Source of the DNA: a virus
Virus record (IMG/VR): IMGVR_UViG_3300027759_000051
Direction: 5' to 3' (one strand)
DNA length: 64,000 bases
In this document: piece by piece, positions 57,733-64,000 of the stretch
Numbering within the stretch: position 1 is the first letter of the stretch
How the letters are laid out: each line of letters opens with the position of its first letter
Made by a program: the position numbers and the translations under genes
Notes under the pieces: model-generated
The model's input: the letters and a program-made list of their open reading frames with translations, nothing else
Databases searched by the model: none
Told to the model about the DNA's origin: nothing

Positions 57733-57836
57733 AGGTTTATTCTCTCATAGTTATTTGGTATGGATAAGAAGTATCCAATATACGAAAAAAGCCCTACACC
57801 GCAATTTACGATGTAGGGCTTTATTTCAACTACCTA

Positions 57837-58214
57837 TCAGTAGTAGCCTCTTGCCGTTGGCAAAACGCTAATAGCAATAGTGAAACCAGTTGATGCTACA
57901 GATGAACCAATCTGGTCACAGTCAACAGTAATAACGTCGCCAAGTGCGAGTGTTGTTACGTTTGGCAAAGCTACGGAAGCCGATACTGCTCCAGCAACAA
58001 TTGTTGGGCGGTTAGCCTGGGTTGTGAACAGAGTTGTGCCATTGTTGTTGACATCAAAAATCAGCGAAGCACCAGTTGGTGCAATATCAGTTGCAACTGT
58101 TACTGCCCTGATTTTACATGCAAATGGAACTCTGAAACGCAATTTATTCGCAGCAACGCTGTTTGCAGCATCTCTGCTGAGCGTAAATGTTGATACGGGG
58201 ACCTTTCCAAACAT
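57837..58214 (-). CDS. Probable capsid decoration protein
   Basis: Beta-rich, directly after the MCP, followed by terminator 57786-57826. Confidence 0.55.
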   Translation of the reverse strand: MFGKVPVSTFTLSRDAANSVAANKLRFRVPFACKIRAVTVATDIAPTGASLIFDVNNNGTTLFTTQANRPTIVAGAVSASVALPNVTTLALGDVITVDCDQIGSSVASTGFTIAISVLPTARGYY

Positions 58215-58281
58215 AATTTCTCCTTTGAACGAAGTTTGGCTTATACGGACAATATAGATTATACCATTAGTTGTTTTTATA

Positions 58282-58330
58282 AAAAGCAAAAACCCCACTC
58301 ATCCCCTATAGGACAAGTGGGGTTTTGCTT
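58282..58330 (-). terminator. Terminator after major capsid gene
   Basis: GCAAAAACCCCACT...AGTGGGGTTTTGC. Confidence 0.75.
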
Positions 58331-58338
58331 ACAGGTTA

Positions 58339-59676
58339 TTAGGCTGGTTCGTTGTCAAATGTTACTTCAACGAATGCCTCTGGACGCTTGACAGCAAGCG
58401 CAAGTCTCTGCTCTGCAAGGATGACGATTGCGTTGCGGACGAAGAAGTCCGAATGCTGTTCGCTGATGCGGATTGAAGCCTGCTCACGGTCGTACAGCTG
58501 AGCGCCAGTGCCGAATGCACCAACGAGAGCTGTTCCTGCTGCGATTGCTGGAGTGTCAACGATTGGCATACGCCATACCTTTGGCTCGCCACCCATTGCA
58601 ACCGAAACTGCGATGAGGTACTGGCCGTTGGCATCCTTGGTCAACTCGATGTCTTCCCAATCGTTCGGGTGAAGAACGATACCGGTTGGCTCGTAGTAAG
58701 CGAGGAATGACAAGGTAGCGGCACGGCGAAGTGCGTCAGCCTTTGTGTCAGGAACTGGCGTTGACAAGCCCGAAGACCAGCTGTACGTCTGAATTCCTGA
58801 AGTCTGAAGAACGCCGAGCAAGTTTTCGCCTACTCCGTCACCGTTGAGGATTTGTGAATCCTCAAGAAGGCGAAGACCGTACATCAACTCGTTGTCAATG
58901 ATTGAACGAAGTTGTGGTTCGTCAGCAAGCACGTTGCGGTGTGCAGCTTCCCAGTGTGCGAGTGTACGCACTGGAGCCTGCTCACCAACAAAAGCGAACG
59001 ATGACTGTGGTTTTGCACCAAATGCGGCGTTTCCAGCGGCTCGTTCTGCTACTGAAGAAGCGCTGTTGACGCCATGACCAGCATCCAAGGTTGTGAAACC
59101 AAGTTGACGGAAGTATTCAATAACTGCTGCAGTTGTGGTACGGGTTGGGAACAAGTCACGAACGCGCTTTGTGCGGGTTGGTGGCGTAACGATTGGGTCA
59201 CGCTGAATTGTTCCGAATGAACCTGGTGTGCCAGATGGGATTGCTGAGTAAACATCTTTAACATTGTACGAAGACAACGAAACATTTGCTTGCCAAGGGG
59301 CAGGCATGTTTGCGCCGTTACGTCCACCGTTAAGTGCTTTGAACTCTGCTGACTCAAGGAACATTGCGCCAATTGACTTGATTTCACGTGAAGAGAGTTG
59401 AGCAACTTCATTTGCAGTTGCTGCATATGTTGATCCTACTGATGCCTGTGGATCTCTTGCCCATGAGTCAACCTGGTCCATGGTCTCGAGACCAGAGATG
59501 AGGCTCTTGATTTCCTTGATATCTGACATGTTCTTGTCAAAAGCTGTTTTTTGTTCAGTAGAAACAACTACTGTTCCGTCTTCTATTTTGAAAGAATCTG
59601 CAATGGCTTTGTTGTCTGCCATTTTTACTCTAAGAGCTGATTGGAGCTCTTGTACTCTTGCTTTGTCCTGCGACAT
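58339..59676 (-). CDS. Major capsid protein (HK97 fold) with N-terminal scaffold-like domain
   Basis: 'AKPQS', 'ED.QILNGDG', 'LHPNDW..I...KD.NG.Y', 'F.RN...ILAE.RL...V.RPEAF'. Confidence 0.95.
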   Translation of the reverse strand: MSQDKARVQELQSALRVKMADNKAIADSFKIEDGTVVVSTEQKTAFDKNMSDIKEIKSLISGLETMDQVDSWARDPQASVGSTYAATANEVAQLSSREIKSIGAMFLESAEFKALNGGRNGANMPAPWQANVSLSSYNVKDVYSAIPSGTPGSFGTIQRDPIVTPPTRTKRVRDLFPTRTTTAAVIEYFRQLGFTTLDAGHGVNSASSVAERAAGNAAFGAKPQSSFAFVGEQAPVRTLAHWEAAHRNVLADEPQLRSIIDNELMYGLRLLEDSQILNGDGVGENLLGVLQTSGIQTYSWSSGLSTPVPDTKADALRRAATLSFLAYYEPTGIVLHPNDWEDIELTKDANGQYLIAVSVAMGGEPKVWRMPIVDTPAIAAGTALVGAFGTGAQLYDREQASIRISEQHSDFFVRNAIVILAEQRLALAVKRPEAFVEVTFDNEPA

Positions 59677-59827
59677 AATTTTCTCCTGTTTAGAATTTGA
59701 AGGGTTGGGGGTTTATGTTTTTTTAGTGCGGCTTAGGTAAGCACCCAGCCCTGCTTATACAAAAGTAACAGAGATTAATGATATTTAGTGGAACTACTTA
59801 TGTTTTACAACTATTGTGTGTAAATAG

Positions 59828-60871
59828 TTATTCTAAACCATAAATTTCTTCAAAAATTGAAACCTTGCGTTTCAGCTTTCTATTCTCATCTCTGACTACT
59901 GTTCTAATAGCGTTTTCAAAGTTGCGCCTTTGCCCTCGTCTACCAAGGGAGGTAGTTCCAGCGAGCCTTGAGTAGTCAGACATGTTTGTACATGGCATCC
60001 AAACGGCTCTTCCGGTCTTTGAAATTCTCCTACTTATCCCGATACATCCAAGTTGCCTTGATCTAAATTTTGCAGATTCTGGATCAATGAAAACATCTGG
60101 GTCGTTGTCCCTTACGTATTCAGGACCAGTTGTTTTTACAGCCTTGGTTTCCATTCCCTCGTCATAGTCGGATTTGCCTCTTTGGTATGGTTTGCCGTCT
60201 TCATCAACGAGGTCGTACTTGTCTGCTGGGTAGTTTTTTGGGTCAGGACCGTTGGGCATCAAGGAACGTGAGTTTCTTCTACCGCCACTATAAATGGTTT
60301 GTTTCTTTTTCTTTGGTTGCGGCAAAGTCTGGCCGCTTGTTTTTGGGGCGACGATGGCTGGTGTTCGTTTTGCTGCGTTTGGTTTCTTTATTGGAGCTGA
60401 ACGTTCATCATCTGTTCCATCATTGATTTTCCCATCTCCGTCTTTGTCAATACCACCTGAACCACCAGATGATGAGGCTCCGCCCATTCTTTCCCCGATA
60501 GATGCACCAAGGGCGGACTTGCTCCCAGGAGTATGCAAAGTTTTTCCAGAGGTTATTCCTAGGCCTGGAGTGGCATTTATTGATATAACGCCACGCCCCT
60601 TAAGTTTTTCCCATTCATTATCTTTATCTTTTTCAAGATCCCCGAAATCTTCAATAGATCTTCTTTTTTGCTTACCCGTTATGAATCTTGTTTTTTTAAA
60701 CTTCTTAGCGTCTCTTAAAGATTTTTTACCGGGTTCAGCTGCATTTGATATTTTCTCAAGTTCCTCCATGCTTGAGCACGGCATCCAGTTTCCTTCACTA
60801 TCCTCATGAGCGCCACTGCAGCCAATGTTCTTTGCCATTTTAAGCGCATCAATTTTTTTAACAATGCTCAT
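59828..60871 (-). CDS. Head-region protein with duplicated 'GC.G......WMPC' modules
   Basis: Two WMPC modules; DKDGDG.I.DGT motif. Confidence 0.65.
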   Translation of the reverse strand: MSIVKKIDALKMAKNIGCSGAHEDSEGNWMPCSSMEELEKISNAAEPGKKSLRDAKKFKKTRFITGKQKRRSIEDFGDLEKDKDNEWEKLKGRGVISINATPGLGITSGKTLHTPGSKSALGASIGERMGGASSSGGSGGIDKDGDGKINDGTDDERSAPIKKPNAAKRTPAIVAPKTSGQTLPQPKKKKQTIYSGGRRNSRSLMPNGPDPKNYPADKYDLVDEDGKPYQRGKSDYDEGMETKAVKTTGPEYVRDNDPDVFIDPESAKFRSRQLGCIGISRRISKTGRAVWMPCTNMSDYSRLAGTTSLGRRGQRRNFENAIRTVVRDENRKLKRKVSIFEEIYGLE

Positions 60872-61449
60872 TACGCCCTAAACTTTCTGGACTTGTCATC
60901 CATGGATATCTCTATTTTCTTACGCATTGAATAAGCATTTTTTGAATAATTTGCTTCAAGCGATTTAACCCTACGGGATATCCTTCTTACTGCTGCCCTG
61001 TTTGCTACTTCGTTCTGCGTACTTGATTTTTTAATTCTTTTTAAAAACATCTTTGCTTTAAAGTCAATAATTGAATTTTTTGTTTTTCTATCAAAATTTC
61101 TAATATTTGCAAAAGATGAAACTACTGATTTTTTACCAGTTTTGCTTCTCTTCGTAAAGACATGCTTAGCATCCAAAAGATTGGAGAATAGTAAAACTTC
61201 TTTTTTTTCAAATTCGTTACAGCACTGATTTGTTAATTTGCTTATTATTTTTTCCGTCTTTGTCGTTACTTGCTTAAACCCCGACGAAGTCATGCCGTCC
61301 GGCACTGAATAATTGTCATCAAACTGCGAGTTTGCCCAAGATTTTGCTTGATTGTTAAAAGGAAATATATTTATTTCATTGTTTTCTTTTACTACTAATG
61401 CAAAAACTGAATTCCTGACTGGATCTTTTATTAAAGAAAACTCAGACAT
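60871..61449 (-). CDS. Basic hypothetical protein
   Basis: Coupled in the head operon. Confidence 0.55.
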   Translation of the reverse strand: MSEFSLIKDPVRNSVFALVVKENNEINIFPFNNQAKSWANSQFDDNYSVPDGMTSSGFKQVTTKTEKIISKLTNQCCNEFEKKEVLLFSNLLDAKHVFTKRSKTGKKSVVSSFANIRNFDRKTKNSIIDFKAKMFLKRIKKSSTQNEVANRAAVRRISRRVKSLEANYSKNAYSMRKKIEISMDDKSRKFRA

Positions 61450-61450
61450 A

Positions 61451-63460
61451 TTAGCCTCCCAGCAGTTCTATTAGTTTCTTTTTTTGCGAAGATAAAGATT
61501 CAACTCGAATCTCAAATAATCTGTCAATAATCTTGATGTGCGCCAACTCTCCCACAGACAACCCATCTAGCGCCATGCGGGAACGAAGGTCATCAACCCT
61601 AAAGGATCTTGCTCTTTTTAGCATGCTTTCAATAGCTTTTTTAAAAATAATTTGCTGTTCAATTTTTAGTTCTTTGTAATAGTCTGAGTAGTCAATTTTC
61701 CCAGTTTCTCCATAAAACTCTAAAATATTCATTTTTGTTCTTTTTGTAATTTCTATTTTGCTCAAGTCGGTGAGACCGGACGTAGTGTTTTGAGCAAGCA
61801 TTGGAATAACTCCATCAATCGTCTGCATTCCGTAGACTGATGAAAGATCCCTTTCTCTCTGATCTGTCAAGAAATCTGAAATCATCATGATTGCGACATC
61901 TTTTGGATTCAAGTCATAAAGTTTTACGTCTGGGTTAAAAACTGAACCAGGCATTGCCGTTTCAACGTCTTGCCTCATGTATCGTCTTTTATCTCCCTGT
62001 GGCCCAGAGAATATTACGTCTGGAGATGAGAGACCAAGATGCTCTTGAAGATCCGAAGCAAATCTTTCGCCAATGTGCTGGAATTGCTTTGGATTCGTAT
62101 ACTCAAAGTATTTTCCATTGCCAACAGTGAGCAAGTTTTGGCTTTGTGAAATTTTTTCTTTTTTCACGAGGTTTGTTTTTGCGAGTACACGCTGAAGTAT
62201 TTTTGGGTCAATCATTGATAGCGATCCACCATTGTTTACAAATTCAATAGCATCCGTCAGTGATGAGATCTTTTTGCTCATTGCTGCATTGCTTGTTGTT
62301 TCTCTGCCTAGAGTTCCGTCTTCACCTACTGGTTTTGTTATATTTTTCTTGTTAAATACTTCGTTTGCCCATCTTGGCTTATTATTTTTTATTTCGTTCG
62401 GATTCCTTATATTTACAAACTCTTCAGAGTAGGATATTCCATCTCCCATTTCATTTGCTAAGTACTTGAGCCTCGCAGATGGGTCTTTTGAGTTATTCTG
62501 CGCCATTGAGATGGTTATTGTCTTGCCAAGTTTTCTTCTCTCACCAACGGTCAACTGTCTTGCTTTTTCAATCGTGAGACTAGAGCCACTTGGTGTTACG
62601 TAGATAACTGATTTTACTCCACTGTTTGACAGCATCCCAAGCTCGTCATTGCCGATGTCTTGTGGACCAAAAGCGGAGAGGATGTAGGTAGCTCCATCCA
62701 TATCCCTGTTATCTGGGATTTCCCTTAGTACCTTTGCTGGAACAACTGGTTCAAGAAGGAATCCATCACGGCGAACCATTCTCGCTGTTTTTGCGGGATG
62801 GGTAGCTATTGACCGTTTCATTTCTTTAATTCTTATGTCGGCAAGCCGTGAGTTATCTTTTGAAACTTTTGGTATTTGCGGTTTTCTTGACTCAATGAGT
62901 GAATCTGGATACTCTCCGCCAGTTATTGGATTACCAGTTATTGGGTCAGCGGCGCGTGTTCTGAATTTTTTTGCTAATGCTGATATGAGCATCCCAAGTG
63001 GAGATGGTATGTCAAAAAGTTTAACTCCGCACGTTGATAGCCGAGAGTCCGTGAAGCGTCCTCCATACTGGTAACCCTCTGGGCACCTGTATGGCTTGCC
63101 TTTTCTCCGAGAGCTTCCGCCACTCCCAAAACCCGGGGTGAGTGTTCTGTATATGGCGGAGCGCACTGGAGAACGAATTGGATCACTATCGCCAGGGATT
63201 GCCAAACTTGCCAAAGTATGAATAGCTCTTCCGCCAGAACCTGCTTTTATTGAATATTCTTCGGTAATTCTTTCGCTAGCCATCCTTCTAGAAGAGCCAT
63301 TAACTAGAGAAGTTGCCTTAAAGTCAATAAAGTTTTTACTTAGGGGTGTTTTTGTGCGCACCACATGGGTATGCGTCTTTTGTTCCGAAGATTCAAAAAT
63401 AACTCTTGTTATTATTGTTTTTCTAATGTCACCAGAACAGCAACTTTCATCTTTATTCAT
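61451..63460 (-). CDS. Large head-region protein with possible degenerate HipA/PI3K-like C-terminal domain
   Basis: 'RCPEG..YGG.FTD' N-terminal motif; 'E.FAS.L...LGL..P', 'DFLTDQRER' (degenerate D...N.DRH). Confidence 0.55.
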   Translation of the reverse strand: MNKDESCCSGDIRKTIITRVIFESSEQKTHTHVVRTKTPLSKNFIDFKATSLVNGSSRRMASERITEEYSIKAGSGGRAIHTLASLAIPGDSDPIRSPVRSAIYRTLTPGFGSGGSSRRKGKPYRCPEGYQYGGRFTDSRLSTCGVKLFDIPSPLGMLISALAKKFRTRAADPITGNPITGGEYPDSLIESRKPQIPKVSKDNSRLADIRIKEMKRSIATHPAKTARMVRRDGFLLEPVVPAKVLREIPDNRDMDGATYILSAFGPQDIGNDELGMLSNSGVKSVIYVTPSGSSLTIEKARQLTVGERRKLGKTITISMAQNNSKDPSARLKYLANEMGDGISYSEEFVNIRNPNEIKNNKPRWANEVFNKKNITKPVGEDGTLGRETTSNAAMSKKISSLTDAIEFVNNGGSLSMIDPKILQRVLAKTNLVKKEKISQSQNLLTVGNGKYFEYTNPKQFQHIGERFASDLQEHLGLSSPDVIFSGPQGDKRRYMRQDVETAMPGSVFNPDVKLYDLNPKDVAIMMISDFLTDQRERDLSSVYGMQTIDGVIPMLAQNTTSGLTDLSKIEITKRTKMNILEFYGETGKIDYSDYYKELKIEQQIIFKKAIESMLKRARSFRVDDLRSRMALDGLSVGELAHIKIIDRLFEIRVESLSSQKKKLIELLGG

Positions 63461-64000
63461 AAACGGGTCCACCGCAACATTTCTCACTTAGCGAAGAATC
63501 AAAGTTAACTGATTTAATCCGACCCTTATCATCTTCCCCGACGACTTCCCAGTTGTTCTCATCGCGGAGGTAGTCACAGAATGATTTTTCCATTTCAACA
63601 AAATCTGCCAAAACCTTCATTGCGTAAGTAACATCATCCTCTGTGACTACTTCTTCTGTCATGCCTTTTACGAGTGGTTGAAACTCCGTATAGAAAAAAT
63701 CTTCTTTTCTAAGGTAATCGTACTCAGCAGACTTCTTTCCAGCAGTTTTTGGTGGTGTTATTGATCTTTTTAGTCTTGACGCAAATTGCGAATTTGACCA
63801 ATTTTGCTTTTTTAGCTTACCTTTGCAGTTCTTCATGCCGGGGTGGTGGCATCCCTCGTTGGGCCATAGGCCAGTTGTTTCGTGGTGAAGCCAAGCACAA
63901 ATTCTCTCAAGAGGATAAAGTTCTGGGTGATTCGCCAGAATGACTCGACAGCGTGTGAATCCACCTTCTTTACGCATGATTGGACGCCAGTAGCGGAGAA
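63453..64000 (-). CDS. Head-region protein (5' end outside the window)
   Basis: 'GGFTRC...CAWLHHETTGLWP' motif. Confidence 0.6.
   Translation of the reverse strand, partial: LRYWRPIMRKEGGFTRCRVILANHPELYPLERICAWLHHETTGLWPNEGCHHPGMKNCKGKLKKQNWSNSQFASRLKRSITPPKTAGKKSAEYDYLRKEDFFYTEFQPLVKGMTEEVVTEDDVTYAMKVLADFVEMEKSFCDYLRDENNWEVVGEDDKGRIKSVNFDSSLSEKCCGGPVYE

Noticed and set aside
59379-59394. Partial parS-like TTTCACGTGAA in the capsid gene (also GTTCCACGTGAA near 6190)
   Set aside because: Incomplete palindromes inside CDSs; plausible by chance.

Overview
This window is part of a large tailed dsDNA phage (Caudoviricetes) with an HK97-fold capsid. The host is most likely an actinobacterium: there are two WhiB genes, an actinobacterial-type ferredoxin, GAAAGG-type Shine-Dalgarno (SD) sites and many leaderless genes. 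Layout: 1-3.9 kb replication-initiator/loader-like genes. 4.2-38 kb is a putative early/host-takeover region of tiny genes (MoxR AAA-vWA pair, 3 KTSC, 2 DUF3846, C5-methyltransferase, SNF2, DUF932, SSB, transglycosylase) organised as cassettes behind ~31 copies of one promoter motif. 38-39.9 kb is non-coding: a C-poor low-complexity tract, five DtxR/IdeR-like boxes at exact 23-bp spacing, an SOS box and a DnaA box. 40-55 kb holds a LexA-like gene, 4 tRNAs, a 1.2-kaa protease/DnaQ fusion, primase-helicase, class II RNR and dCMP deaminase. 55.6-64 kb holds head genes including the major capsid. The most notable unexplained signals are non-coding: (i) a promoter-driven ~230-nt RNA closed by a 33-bp G.U-rich helix; (ii) two hairpins exposing UCCCCUUUC, the complement of the early-gene SD; (iii) host-type operator sites (two perfect parS, IdeR array, LexA box, DnaA box); (iv) a strand-polarised 14-mer repeated 7 times. 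All calls were made by eye; counts are approximate and no database searches were run.
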